Sequence record: LC680885.1
Length of the DNA stretch: 64,000 nt
Origin: Staphylococcus phage S6
Reading direction: 5' to 3' (one strand)
The position numbers and the translations under genes are program-made. Below, piece after piece: positions 16,759 through 27,461 of this stretch (its first letter is position 1; every line of letters starts with the position of its first letter). Below the pieces are notes generated by a model that was not told where the DNA came from, did no database searches, and saw only the letters and a program-made list of their open reading frames with translations.

Positions 16759-18900
16759 ATGACAAAAGACAAAACACAAAGAATGGTAGAAATTGAAGAT
16801 AAGCGAAGTCATGAGTTTTTATCAGAACCTCTATTAATGCCTAACGTTAATAGAACTAATGGTAACAGATCACAAATGTTTACATCTCACATTGGTCAAT
16901 GTATTCAATTAACTGGAGCTGAACCACCTTTAATTCAAACTGGTTTTGAAAATCAAGTAGGTAAATATTCAACTGGATACAAGAAAGCTAATAGAGATTT
17001 TGAAGTTATTTATAAATTTGAAAAGAATAAGTACGTTAATTACTATTTAATTAAGTACAAAGATAATGATGAATATGATGTAATTATTAGAGAAGAAGCT
17101 AATCACTTAGCTGAGAAGTTCGGAAATAAATATAATAATGATGAAATTGATAAACTAAAAGTTGGAGATACTGTTAGTAAAGAAACTGTATTATTTAAAG
17201 ATCAAAACTATGATGAAGATAATAATTTCCAATATGGTGCTAATGCAACTTCTGTATTCTTACCATTCAAAGGTATGACGAATGAGGACGGAATTGTAGT
17301 ATCAGAATCATTAGCAGAGAAAATGTCAAGTTATTTTGTAAATGTAATCAATATCACTATCAATACAAACGATATTCCTTTAAATTTATATGGAAATGAA
17401 GATGAGTATAAATCATTTCCAGATGTAGGTGAAGAAGTTCAAAATGGAGTATTGTGTGCAACTCGTAGATTGAATTACGATGAGATTATTCATAAATTTA
17501 AAAATGAAATGCTTACTAAAACATTAGAAGATGATAATGCTTATAAAGTTCACGGTAAAGTTATTGATATTGATGTACTTAATAATGAAGATATTGAAAA
17601 ATTAGAAAATCAAAAATATTCAGAGCAATTTGTCAAGTATATTAAAGAATTAAGACACTTTTATAAAACATTTGTAACTGTTACAGATGATATTGTACGT
17701 AAAAAGAAATTTAGTAATGACTTAATTAGAATTCATAATAAATTTAAAGGTTATATTGATGATAACGCTAAATTAGTTTATGACAATAATCAATTTGATA
17801 AAATTATCTTTAGAGTTAAAGTTTTAGAAAAGAAACCTTTAGTTCATGGATCGAAAATCACCACACGCTATGGGGGTAAAGGAGTCGTAGCTGAAATTGT
17901 ACCTGATGATCAAATGCCAATGATCACAGAGTTCGATGGAGAAGACTTCACTAAAGATTCTACTAAAACACCAATTAGTAAACGAGTAGATTTAATCCAT
18001 AATAATATGGGTATCATTAACCGTGGAAATCCATCAGCTTTAATTGAGTTAGAATTAAATCATGTATCAAATGTAATAAGACATCGTATAAGTAAATTAG
18101 ATGATGTTAATCAACAGAAAGAATATCTATTAGGATATATTAAAGATGTAGATAAAATTTCATACGATAATTATGTTAAATTATTTAATCAATTAGATTT
18201 ATCTGAAACTAAAGAAGCTATTAATGAAATTATTAAAGAAGGTATTGTATTACATCAAGCACCATTCTTTGGCAATATTGATTCAGAACAATTAAGATAC
18301 GTATTTAATAAATATAATATTAAGAAAAATAGATTAAATATAAGTAATAGAACATTCATGGTTGGAGATTTATATCACTTAAAACTTAAACATGAACCGT
18401 CTGGTAAATTAAGTGCAAAATCTCTTGACTTTAACAATTACAGTGGAATTCCTACTAGAACTCCAGATAGTAAAAAGTATCTATCAAGAATTAATAATAA
18501 TCCACTTAGAATTGGCGAGATGGAAACATCTAATATGATGATCGGTGGATCTATTAAAGCAATCAATCAATTAACGAATATGTATTCAAATAACCCAGAT
18601 ATGCGTAAACGTTTATTAGTTGAATTGTATACAGGTAATCCATTTAAGATCAATACAGAGAGTATACAAAAACGAACTCAAAATAATAATACTAAAGTAC
18701 TTAATGCTTACTTTAGTCCATTGAATGTTAGTATGACATTTGATGAACCTGAAGAAGATGAATTACTAGATATCATGGATTTAAATGAAGACCAATTAGA
18801 ATTCTTAATGGAAAAATACGAAAATTTAGATGATATCAATGATTTAACACCTCAAGAAATAAATGGTTTAGTTAAAGAAATTATTGAAGAAAGTAAATAA
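16759..18900 (+). CDS. Multisubunit RNA polymerase beta subunit, C-terminal fragment (split beta)
   Basis: NRTNGNRSQMFTSHIGQ resembles NRALMGANMQRQ. TRYGGKGVVAEIVPDDQMP resembles GRHGNKGVxSxIxPxEDMP. LRIGEMETSNMMIGGS resembles GQRFGEMEVWALEAYGA. Confidence 0.8.
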   Translation: MTKDKTQRMVEIEDKRSHEFLSEPLLMPNVNRTNGNRSQMFTSHIGQCIQLTGAEPPLIQTGFENQVGKYSTGYKKANRDFEVIYKFEKNKYVNYYLIKYKDNDEYDVIIREEANHLAEKFGNKYNNDEIDKLKVGDTVSKETVLFKDQNYDEDNNFQYGANATSVFLPFKGMTNEDGIVVSESLAEKMSSYFVNVINITINTNDIPLNLYGNEDEYKSFPDVGEEVQNGVLCATRRLNYDEIIHKFKNEMLTKTLEDDNAYKVHGKVIDIDVLNNEDIEKLENQKYSEQFVKYIKELRHFYKTFVTVTDDIVRKKKFSNDLIRIHNKFKGYIDDNAKLVYDNNQFDKIIFRVKVLEKKPLVHGSKITTRYGGKGVVAEIVPDDQMPMITEFDGEDFTKDSTKTPISKRVDLIHNNMGIINRGNPSALIELELNHVSNVIRHRISKLDDVNQQKEYLLGYIKDVDKISYDNYVKLFNQLDLSETKEAINEIIKEGIVLHQAPFFGNIDSEQLRYVFNKYNIKKNRLNISNRTFMVGDLYHLKLKHEPSGKLSAKSLDFNNYSGIPTRTPDSKKYLSRINNNPLRIGEMETSNMMIGGSIKAINQLTNMYSNNPDMRKRLLVELYTGNPFKINTESIQKRTQNNNTKVLNAYFSPLNVSMTFDEPEEDELLDIMDLNEDQLEFLMEKYENLDDINDLTPQEINGLVKEIIEESK

Positions 18901-18907
18901 ATAAATG

Positions 18908-18947
18908 GGAGTAATGATCATTATTTTGATCATTACTCCTATATTTA
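18908..18947 (+). terminator. Terminator hairpin
   Basis: Stem ggagtaatgatca/tgatcattactcc followed by tatattt. Confidence 0.5.
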
Positions 18948-18953
18948 AAGGAT

Positions 18954-19508
18954 GTGTTTAAAATTTATCCTGATTACGATGAATTTTTAAAGAAAGAGTT
19001 AGATCGCTTTGGAATTGATACAGATAGCATAGCTTATCATTCTGATCTTAATTACAATTATTGTAAAGAGAAATTAGAATCAATTGAAAAGGAAGATAAA
19101 GAAATGGAATTTAATTATTTGAATTTAGAAGATATATCTTTAAATAAAGAAGAGACAAGTGGAGTTATGACTATAAGAGAATTAGTAAATACTATTGATC
19201 ACTTGATATATACAGAAAATGAAGTTACACCTCTATACTACTTCTTTATGGATAAAATCGATTCACTTCCTATGATTAATATGATTACTTATAAAAAGGC
19301 AGCTAACACATTCTATGAAGAGTATAAAAGATATAACACTGGAAATCATTCAGCTTATATAAATATTAAAGGAGAATGGAAACAGTTATCATTTAATCAA
19401 TTTAAAGAATCTTTAAAAGAAGTTTTATTATCTTCACATAAAGAAAGCAATGTTGATAAATTATTTAAAGAGTTAAATAATTTAACTGTAAAAGATAATT
19501 TTTCATAA
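18954..19508 (+). CDS. Hypothetical protein (GTG start)
   Basis: aaagga followed by GTG 18954. Confidence 0.45.
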   Translation: MFKIYPDYDEFLKKELDRFGIDTDSIAYHSDLNYNYCKEKLESIEKEDKEMEFNYLNLEDISLNKEETSGVMTIRELVNTIDHLIYTENEVTPLYYFFMDKIDSLPMINMITYKKAANTFYEEYKRYNTGNHSAYINIKGEWKQLSFNQFKESLKEVLLSSHKESNVDKLFKELNNLTVKDNFS

Positions 19509-19538
19509 TTATTCTTAGATCAAAATTAGTAATAAGTA

Positions 19539-19548
19539 TATATTATAA
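19539..19548 (+). promoter_or_regulatory. TATATTATAA motif
   Basis: Exact 10-mer, then hairpin. Confidence 0.35.
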
Positions 19549-19551
19549 ATA

Positions 19552-19600
19552 TGAGACAATGTTCATTAACTTGATCATTGTCTCATATATTGTTTTATTT
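19552..19600 (+). terminator. Hairpin plus T-run (terminator-like) immediately downstream of a TATATTATAA motif
   Basis: Stem tgagacaatg/cattgtctca followed by tatattgttttattttttat. Confidence 0.5.
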
Positions 19601-19629
19601 TTTATAAAAATAAGGAGATGAATTGGATA

Positions 19630-21507
19630 ATGGAAAATAATACATTAAATTCGTATATAAAGGATAATTTTAAATATTTTAAAGATGATAAATTAGAAAT
19701 TGATAAAATATTTAAATTTAAAGATGATAAGACTAAAGAAAAATTTGAAATGTTTTTTAATGGAGTTATATATACATTGAAAAATTTAAGTTATAGTGAA
19801 GTATCTAAAATGTATAATGAAACAATTAAAGAGAAAAGTAATGTTCAAGGTAAAGCTGAAAGTTATATAAATTATTTAAATAATGAATTGAAAAATAGAG
19901 GACTAGATGAAGAAACTAAAAAACTTTATAAAGATTTATTAATGACTTTAAAAGCTGATTTGAAAAGATATAATGCTAATTTAGATGACAGCATTATAAA
20001 TAAATTATTCAAAAATAAGAATATATCAATATCTTATTATAGTTTAATAGTACCTTATAATATTGCTAACGAAATTGAATTTAATAAAAACTATTATAGT
20101 TTTCTTGGATTAGATGATTTCACTAAATTCATAATCTTTCCATATTATCAACTTCTATATTTATCTAAAGGTAATCTAAAAAATATTCATATAAAGAATA
20201 CAGACATAAATCTTCATAGTTACTTTATTGATATAATAAAGAAGTATATTAGAAATTTAATAGATAATAAAGATTTAGATACATTAAAAGAATTATTAGA
20301 CGTATTAACAAATGAGCACGAATATTTAAGATCTCTAAGACATACCGACTATAGAAAAGGTAATGGAAAAAATTTATTAGAGTTACTAATAGAAATGAAT
20401 TTTAATGAATTTAAGGAAATATTATATGAAATGATATATATTATAATGAATAATAACTTGAAAAAAGAATTAAAATCAGAAATGAATTATGATATATACA
20501 AGCATAGTATACTTTTAGTAAGTTTAATGAATAATGAGGTAGAAGAACATAGACAAACTAAATTTAATAGTAAATTTTTAATAGAGAGTAATAATACAAT
20601 TAGAGCAACTGCTATTTCAGATTCATACGGTAAAAATGAGTACTACCAAAATAACTTATTAGGTCACTATATTAATGATCTATATGTAGATAAAAATAAA
20701 ATAAATAAATTTAAAAGAGTTAATAAAGTTAGAAGTTTTAAATCTTTTATTTATTTAACTAACCAAAGATGTATTATCGGTGGTGAGAAATATTATAAAT
20801 ACTTGTATAAATATTTATTTGATCCAAGTAATTTAACTAGAGAAGAGTTTGAAGTATCTACATTATTAATTAAATTAATAACTTGTAAATCTAGTAATCA
20901 ATTAAAGAAAGTTATGGAAAATGCTAAAACTGACTCTGTATTAAATAATATTTTATTTGAAAATGAAATTAGTGATATAATTAAAATTGGTATACAGATG
21001 AATATTAATACTATATTCAATAAAAAAGGTTTAAGTAAAATTAATACAGTTGATTTAACTGTAGGAAATATTGTAAATCCTTTGTTATATAATAAAGCAA
21101 ATGATTATGAAGAACAAACAGAAATCATTGATTCAGTATTTAAAAATTTTACTTATGATATAGATATCAATTTTGATAAATATTATTATAAAGATTTAAA
21201 TGAATATTTTGAAAATAAATTAAATTTAGGTCTTCTAAAAGAATCAAATATAGATATTAGTATTAATATTAATTATAATAAAATTGCAAAAACTATTGTA
21301 AATAATATTAAAGATAAGCTTAGAGGAAAATATCATTTTGAAAGGAATGAATTTATTATTACTTACGATAAGATGAATATTACTCGTTTAACCACTACAG
21401 AATTTTGTAATGGTTTATGTGAATATTTAAGTAAATACTTCCCAGAAGAAGCTAAAAAGTTAAATAAGAGTTTTAGAGCTGAAATTGTAAATACAATGTT
21501 TAGATAA
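19630..21507 (+). CDS. Hypothetical large protein (~625 aa)
   Basis: SD ggagatgaattggataATG. The track start 19618 uses the ATG inside the SD motif. Confidence 0.55.
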   Translation: MENNTLNSYIKDNFKYFKDDKLEIDKIFKFKDDKTKEKFEMFFNGVIYTLKNLSYSEVSKMYNETIKEKSNVQGKAESYINYLNNELKNRGLDEETKKLYKDLLMTLKADLKRYNANLDDSIINKLFKNKNISISYYSLIVPYNIANEIEFNKNYYSFLGLDDFTKFIIFPYYQLLYLSKGNLKNIHIKNTDINLHSYFIDIIKKYIRNLIDNKDLDTLKELLDVLTNEHEYLRSLRHTDYRKGNGKNLLELLIEMNFNEFKEILYEMIYIIMNNNLKKELKSEMNYDIYKHSILLVSLMNNEVEEHRQTKFNSKFLIESNNTIRATAISDSYGKNEYYQNNLLGHYINDLYVDKNKINKFKRVNKVRSFKSFIYLTNQRCIIGGEKYYKYLYKYLFDPSNLTREEFEVSTLLIKLITCKSSNQLKKVMENAKTDSVLNNILFENEISDIIKIGIQMNINTIFNKKGLSKINTVDLTVGNIVNPLLYNKANDYEEQTEIIDSVFKNFTYDIDINFDKYYYKDLNEYFENKLNLGLLKESNIDISININYNKIAKTIVNNIKDKLRGKYHFERNEFIITYDKMNITRLTTTEFCNGLCEYLSKYFPEEAKKLNKSFRAEIVNTMFR

Positions 21508-21523
21508 AAAGGAGAAATTAAAG

Positions 21524-22078
21524 ATGGATGTTAAAAAAACGTTTAATGCAGATATTATGGAGACAGATAGAAGAATTTTCTATAACATTATTAACGTAGA
21601 AATGTCTCTTAGTGATAAAAGAAAAATGTATAATAAAGTCAATGATGAAAATGAGGTTTTAACATATGTATTTGATAGTTACACAGATTACGTATTGATG
21701 GAAAATGAAGGTATAATGACTATGGCAAAAGATTTAAATGATTTCATTAAACATTCTATTTTCGATTACCATTTTTCCTCTTTAATAAAACAATTTTTAC
21801 CTTCGACCAACTTCCGGAATTTTGGAGATTTTGTCCTTATGTTAGAAAGAGAATTATTTGCACCTAATCAAGAAACTTTAAGTCAATTCTCTTCAAAAGA
21901 TGATATAATTTATGTGTACTATAATACTACTCTAAATAAAATAATTATTGTTGATCACATTATGTACTTAAAAGCACTAATGGAGTACGTTAAAGAAGAA
22001 AAAGATTTCTATGAAGATTTATATATAGAATTTGAAAAAGAAGTTAAAAAATATTTAGTTGAAAATAACTTTAAATAG
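21524..22078 (+). CDS. Hypothetical protein
   Basis: SD aaaggagaaattaaagATG. Confidence 0.6.
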   Translation: MDVKKTFNADIMETDRRIFYNIINVEMSLSDKRKMYNKVNDENEVLTYVFDSYTDYVLMENEGIMTMAKDLNDFIKHSIFDYHFSSLIKQFLPSTNFRNFGDFVLMLERELFAPNQETLSQFSSKDDIIYVYYNTTLNKIIIVDHIMYLKALMEYVKEEKDFYEDLYIEFEKEVKKYLVENNFK

Positions 22079-22095
22079 AGGAGAGATAATATTTA

Positions 22096-22836
22096 ATGAA
22101 TGAATATGGTAAAATTAATAAAAAAGTTTTTAATATAGATCGTAGCAACTTTGAAGTAGTTTTAATGGACTACATGGATACTAAACAGATGAAAAATAAT
22201 TACAATAGAAATATAACCGATCAAGAAAAAATTGATCGGTTAATACCTTTAATTAAACAACAAGAAAATGAACAAGATGAGGGTAGAATATTTGAAAATG
22301 CTAGAAGATATGAACTTCTTTTAGCTAAAACATTTGAATACTCTCTTAATGGAAAATTAGAATTATACAAATTAAAAGAAGTATTAAATTATTACGAAGA
22401 AAAAAATCTTTTTAATATAGTATATCCAAATTTTAAATACACTTTTAATGTAGTTTCACCCAGTAAAGAGTATTCCTTATTGTCTTTAAAAACTAAAATA
22501 TTTTTAATTATAGAAACTATTATAGACTTTATTAAAAATGATTATGTAGAAGATAATCTTTCTATTAAGTTAATTTTAAATTCAGAAGAAATAATGATTG
22601 ATACACTTGATTTAAACGAAAAATCATTGTATAATATCTTTAATCTATCAAGTAAATATACAAATGAATTATTATCTTATAATGGAGATTATTTGTTCTC
22701 ACATGATCAAATAAAACGTATAGAAAATATAAATAATATTTTATTTAACGATATATACAAAGATAAAGATAAAGAAATTTTAGAATTTTTATCTAAGAAA
22801 GTAAAAAATAAATACATTTCAAAATATTTTAAATAA
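22096..22836 (+). CDS. Hypothetical protein
   Basis: SD gaggagag. Confidence 0.6.
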   Translation: MNEYGKINKKVFNIDRSNFEVVLMDYMDTKQMKNNYNRNITDQEKIDRLIPLIKQQENEQDEGRIFENARRYELLLAKTFEYSLNGKLELYKLKEVLNYYEEKNLFNIVYPNFKYTFNVVSPSKEYSLLSLKTKIFLIIETIIDFIKNDYVEDNLSIKLILNSEEIMIDTLDLNEKSLYNIFNLSSKYTNELLSYNGDYLFSHDQIKRIENINNILFNDIYKDKDKEILEFLSKKVKNKYISKYFK

Positions 22837-22853
22837 ACAGGAGTGAATAGGAT

Positions 22854-24023
22854 ATGTCAAATTTAACTATGCAAGAAAAAGACTTAATTATGATTGAAAA
22901 TAAGTATAATAGATTTTTAGATAAAAAGGAAAAGATAATGAATAAAGAAACAGACTTTATTAAAATTGCATTTGAAGAATTAATGGACTTCATTGTACAT
23001 TTTGGTCATAATAAATTCTTTAAATCAGACACAATATTTTATAGATATTATGATGGAATGTTAGAGAATTATAAAATAGAATTAAATAAAATATCTAAAG
23101 TGGAAGATGATTTAGTACTAACGTATTTAAATAAAATTATTAATGATACTGATAAAGTTGAATTCTATAATAACATGAAGAAAATTTCAGAAAGTTATAG
23201 TAAAGAAAAATTAATCGTATCTATATCATATATAAAAGCTTTGGACTTCTATATACACATGATGCGAAATGAAGAATTAATGAGTGATATGGGATCTCTT
23301 ACAGTTCATCCTTACGATTTTAATAAACGATTAATAAGTGAATATAAAAAAGATAATATATTTTGGAAAAAACTAAGTGATGAAGAAAAGTCAAATGCAA
23401 TTCAAATGTCTAATATATATTTTGAAGGTATTGAAAATAAAGAAATTGGTAGATTTACCACTGAACATATAAACAGTGAAAAAGAAGGAACTGCATTTAA
23501 TTTTAATATAAATACATTTCATAAATTCTTTGATCAATTTGTATCTTTGGATATAGCTTATACGGATGGTTTAATATTTAATTTAATGATGAATAGTAAT
23601 ATCAATAAATATTATGAGAGATACTATAAAGAAATAGATCATGATATCTTCAATGCTAGTTATATTTCTGATAAATATGAATATGAAAACTTAGAAAAAG
23701 ATAAATTTTTAAAAACTTTAAATCGTATAGATATGTTTTATGATATAAATGTACCTTTATATATTTATAATAGTGAAGAACCATCAAATAAAAAATACTA
23801 TAATTATCTAACTGCTATGAAGTCTTTTGCTTTAAATGATTTGGTTAATCGTTATTATGATTCTTATGAATATATAGAATATTTTAGCGAAGTTAATGTC
23901 AATGATTCTTTCACGTTAGATATGTTAAGTGACGATGATGAAAGTGAATCAAATTATTTTGAAGAATTGTTTAAAAAAATAAAGAAAGAAAATGAAGAAA
24001 GACAATGGTTACAAGCTTTTTAA
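22854..24023 (+). CDS. Hypothetical protein
   Basis: SD acaggagtgaataggatATG. Confidence 0.6.
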   Translation: MSNLTMQEKDLIMIENKYNRFLDKKEKIMNKETDFIKIAFEELMDFIVHFGHNKFFKSDTIFYRYYDGMLENYKIELNKISKVEDDLVLTYLNKIINDTDKVEFYNNMKKISESYSKEKLIVSISYIKALDFYIHMMRNEELMSDMGSLTVHPYDFNKRLISEYKKDNIFWKKLSDEEKSNAIQMSNIYFEGIENKEIGRFTTEHINSEKEGTAFNFNINTFHKFFDQFVSLDIAYTDGLIFNLMMNSNINKYYERYYKEIDHDIFNASYISDKYEYENLEKDKFLKTLNRIDMFYDINVPLYIYNSEEPSNKKYYNYLTAMKSFALNDLVNRYYDSYEYIEYFSEVNVNDSFTLDMLSDDDESESNYFEELFKKIKKENEERQWLQAF

Positions 24024-24056
24024 AAATGAATTAAAAAGATAGAGAGGAGAAAATTT

Positions 24057-24242
24057 ATGACATTTTTAATTGGTATCTTAACTATTATTTTAATTTGTTT
24101 AGTGATAATAGGAGTGTTTTTATTTGTATCAGGTCTGATAAGTTTGTTACTTTCAACAAGTAATTTTGAAGAAGATATAATAACAACGAGTATATCAGGT
24201 TTATTTGCCATCATATTCTTTCTTATACTGTCATCGTTCTAA
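24057..24242 (+). CDS. Small membrane peptide, paralog of 24277..24504
   Basis: SD gagaggag. MTFLIGILTIILICLVIIGVFLFVSG parallels MFALLGILAIIFLLLIFIGLPLFVMG. Confidence 0.5.
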   Translation: MTFLIGILTIILICLVIIGVFLFVSGLISLLLSTSNFEEDIITTSISGLFAIIFFLILSSF

Positions 24243-24276
24243 CAAAAATATTTTTTAATAAAAAGGAGAGAAAATT

Positions 24277-24504
24277 ATGTTTGCTTTATTAGGAATATTA
24301 GCAATAATATTTTTATTATTAATATTTATAGGTTTACCTTTATTTGTCATGGGAGTAGCTTGCATATTTATGTCACTTTATGAAATCTTTGTGGAAAAAG
24401 AAAAAGATATTGATATGCTACTGACATCAACTTATATAACTCTCGGTTCATCAATGGCATTAGGTTTAGCTATCTTTATATCATTTTGTGTTGAAAACAT
24501 GTAA
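24277..24504 (+). CDS. Small membrane peptide, paralog of 24057..24242
   Basis: SD aaaaggagag. Confidence 0.5.
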   Translation: MFALLGILAIIFLLLIFIGLPLFVMGVACIFMSLYEIFVEKEKDIDMLLTSTYITLGSSMALGLAIFISFCVENM

Positions 24505-24531
24505 TCATTTAAAATAAAAAGGAGAAATATT

Positions 24532-26523
24532 ATGTTAAAATTTAATGAAATTAATGAAAGTAATTTAGATGACGTACAAAAATATTTAGAGGAGCAATCT
24601 TATGTATATTATAATACATCAGATCAACCAGAATTAACTGATGAAGAATTTGACAAACTATTAAGAGAATACGAAAAGTTCCGTCCATTTAATGGCGGAG
24701 CTTTACCTTCTAAAGGTAAAAAATTAGTAGATGTTTCACATGAATATCCTGAATTAGTAGGAACAGTTTCTAAGGTTAATTCAGTTGAAGAATTAGCTGA
24801 ATGGATTGAAGAAAAAGGACTAATTAATAGAGAATTATTAATTACACAGAAATATGATGGTAATTCAGTATTAGTTATTTTAACTACTAAAGGAGATTAT
24901 TTAGTAACTAAATCAGCATTAACTAGAGGTAAAGATGGTAAAGGTGCTGACTTAACTGACTTCTTCAGTCATATTAAAATTAAAAAATCAGATGTCGATA
25001 TTAATGCAGTTGATTTATCTGAAGACGATATTGATATCGCTATTAAGTGTGAAGCAGTAATGAGTTATAGTAACTTTAATAAGATTGATGAAGAGTATGC
25101 TAACCCTAGATCAATCGTTGCAGGATTATTAAACTCAGATGATGGATATAAGAAACGTAAGTTAATTAATTTATTACCATTGAGAATTAATATTAGTAAT
25201 AAAGAATTAACTCGACAAGAAGAATTAAATTTAATTTCAGCAATTACTAGTCATAGTACTGTATTTGATCAGCTTGATCCACAGTATAATTTTGTTATGG
25301 AAGATGAACACGATTATAAAGACTTTAATGAATTATATCATCAGATAGCTGATGAAAGAGAGTATTATGAATACATGATTGATGGATTAGTTATTGAAGC
25401 TCTTGATGAAGATGATAGAAATCGTTTAGGTAGATTAAATGATCGTAATAAGTTTGATGTAGCATTGAAATTCCCATATATGACTAAAAAGACTAATGTT
25501 ATTGATATTGAATTTGATGTATCTGAAAATGGTACAGGTAGATATACACCTGTAGTTAGATTTGAACCTATTTATTTTAATGGTGCTAAATGTGAAAGAG
25601 TTTCTATTTCTAACTATAAACGTTTTAAAGAACTTCAATTAGTTAAAGGACAAGAAGTTATTATTGAATATCGTAATGATGTTTTGAGTTATTTAACTCC
25701 ATCTCCTACTAACGAAATTACTGGAGAACCTATACCGTTCATTAAAGAGTGTGTATACTGTGGTGAAGAACTTGAAGTTAATGAAAATGAAACATTTGTA
25801 TCATGTATTAATAACGATTGTGAATGTAGAGTATTAGGTATTATTAACAACTATGTAGATAAAATGAGTATTAAAGGAATTGAATATTCTACTATTAATA
25901 AGCTTTATAAAGGTAACAAACTACCTAACGGAATCCAAAGTTTATATGAAATTGATAAAAACGATATTATGCAAGTAGATACTTTTAAAGAAAAATCAGC
26001 TCAGAATATTATTAATACAATTCATAAAAATAAAGAATATTATGACTATGATGTATTAGGTTCATTAGGATTAAATGGAGTTGGAAGAACTACATTTAAA
26101 TTAGTTACTAAAGTCTATGATCCACAAGAAATAGATTATACAGATTTAAGTATTAAAGATTTAACTTCTATTAAAGGAATCGCTGATATTACTGCTGAGA
26201 TTATTATTAATGGTTATAAACAGAATAAAGATTTAATTGAATTCTTATTTAATGAATTGGATGTTAAATCACTTAAAAAAGAAATGGAAGCTAATAAAGA
26301 TGATTCAGTTGAGCCAATGAATATTGTATTTAGTGGATTTAGAGATGCTGAATTTAAAGAACAGTTAGAACTTAAAGGTCATAAAGTAACTTCATCAGTT
26401 TCAGGTAAGACTGATTTATTAGTTACTCCAGATCCAAATTCAGGTTCATCTAAGATTAATAAAGCTAAAGAAAAAGGTATCAAGATCATTGATATTGAAA
26501 GTTCTAAAGGTGAGTTGTTATAA
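24532..26523 (+). CDS. ligA: NAD-dependent DNA ligase (LigA type)
   Basis: Adenylation motif KYDG (ITQKYDGNSV). Cys4 zinc finger CVYCGEEL...CINNDCEC. C-terminal BRCT (IVFSGFRD...KTDLLV). Confidence 0.85.
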   Translation: MLKFNEINESNLDDVQKYLEEQSYVYYNTSDQPELTDEEFDKLLREYEKFRPFNGGALPSKGKKLVDVSHEYPELVGTVSKVNSVEELAEWIEEKGLINRELLITQKYDGNSVLVILTTKGDYLVTKSALTRGKDGKGADLTDFFSHIKIKKSDVDINAVDLSEDDIDIAIKCEAVMSYSNFNKIDEEYANPRSIVAGLLNSDDGYKKRKLINLLPLRINISNKELTRQEELNLISAITSHSTVFDQLDPQYNFVMEDEHDYKDFNELYHQIADEREYYEYMIDGLVIEALDEDDRNRLGRLNDRNKFDVALKFPYMTKKTNVIDIEFDVSENGTGRYTPVVRFEPIYFNGAKCERVSISNYKRFKELQLVKGQEVIIEYRNDVLSYLTPSPTNEITGEPIPFIKECVYCGEELEVNENETFVSCINNDCECRVLGIINNYVDKMSIKGIEYSTINKLYKGNKLPNGIQSLYEIDKNDIMQVDTFKEKSAQNIINTIHKNKEYYDYDVLGSLGLNGVGRTTFKLVTKVYDPQEIDYTDLSIKDLTSIKGIADITAEIIINGYKQNKDLIEFLFNELDVKSLKKEMEANKDDSVEPMNIVFSGFRDAEFKEQLELKGHKVTSSVSGKTDLLVTPDPNSGSSKINKAKEKGIKIIDIESSKGELL

Positions 26524-26970
26524 ATGAAATATTATAAGGTTAATTATAATGGTATATTGAAAATATTGAATCTAGATGATTTTGAAGATGATAGAATTAT
26601 TGAAACACTTAGTAATATTGAGTTATATTTAAAAGAAGATGAAGAAATTAGATTATTGGATTTATTTAAAAAGCCAACTATAGCAATGGACACTCGAATT
26701 ACAAAAGAAAGAGATAACCTTTATATGAATGGTCATCTCTTTTTAGAAGTTGAGAATGCATCATGTAAACTATGGAGTTACCATATTAATTTAAATGGTG
26801 ACGAAACATTAAATGAAATATATGAAAGGATATATAACGGATACGATAAAATTTTCTCTTTTAATAAAATGAGAGAAGATGGTCTATTATTTTTATATGA
26901 ATATGAACATTATACAGAAATATCTGAAAAAGAATATAAAGAAAATAAGGTTAAAGAAAATTTTAAATAA
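26524..26970 (+). CDS. YK-tail family member A1 (MKYY... ...SEKEYKENKVKENFK)
   Basis: Conserved N-terminus MKYYK.N..GI and C-terminal tail shared with 13 other ORFs. Confidence 0.6.
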   Translation: MKYYKVNYNGILKILNLDDFEDDRIIETLSNIELYLKEDEEIRLLDLFKKPTIAMDTRITKERDNLYMNGHLFLEVENASCKLWSYHINLNGDETLNEIYERIYNGYDKIFSFNKMREDGLLFLYEYEHYTEISEKEYKENKVKENFK

Positions 26971-26988
26971 AAAAGGAGATTTTAAATT

Positions 26989-27441
26989 ATGAAATATTAT
27001 ATTTTAACACAACAGGGGATTGCTGAAGTTTTAGGTATTGATAGTGAATCGGTTTATTGCTATAGAAATTTATTTAGAGATGATGAATTATATTTAAAAG
27101 AAGATGAAGAAATTAAATTTTCAGAAATTATTACTAATCAAACACCGGATATAGAATACAAAGTTGTTGGAACAAATAAAGATACCGTAACAGTGATAGC
27201 TTATATGGAAATAGATTTAGGTGAAGGAGATTATCATCAAATTGGATCTTGCAGAATGAAATTAGATAAAGATAGAACTCTAGAAGAAGTATACAATATT
27301 GTATATGAGAAAATGTCCAATAGAACTTTTTCATTCAATAAAGCTAAAGAAATGGGTATATCTTTATATGAAGAGAGTGATTATGAAGAAGTATCTAAAA
27401 AAGAATATAAAAAATACAAAGTAGAGAATAATTTTAAATAA
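26989..27441 (+). CDS. YK-tail family member A2
   Basis: SD aaaaggagattttaaattATG. C-terminal tail SKKEYKKYKVENNFK. Confidence 0.6.
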   Translation: MKYYILTQQGIAEVLGIDSESVYCYRNLFRDDELYLKEDEEIKFSEIITNQTPDIEYKVVGTNKDTVTVIAYMEIDLGEGDYHQIGSCRMKLDKDRTLEEVYNIVYEKMSNRTFSFNKAKEMGISLYEESDYEEVSKKEYKKYKVENNFK

Positions 27442-27461
27442 TGGAATGAGTTGTTATTGTT

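Noticed and set aside
19552-19600. Reading every post-motif hairpin as an mRNA 5' stem-loop
   Set aside because: I could not settle this. This hairpin is followed by a real T-run and looks like a classical terminator, so motif-then-hairpin may sometimes be promoter-then-terminator read in the other logical order (terminator of the upstream gene placed after a promoter-like box). I kept both readings open; it needs end-mapping.
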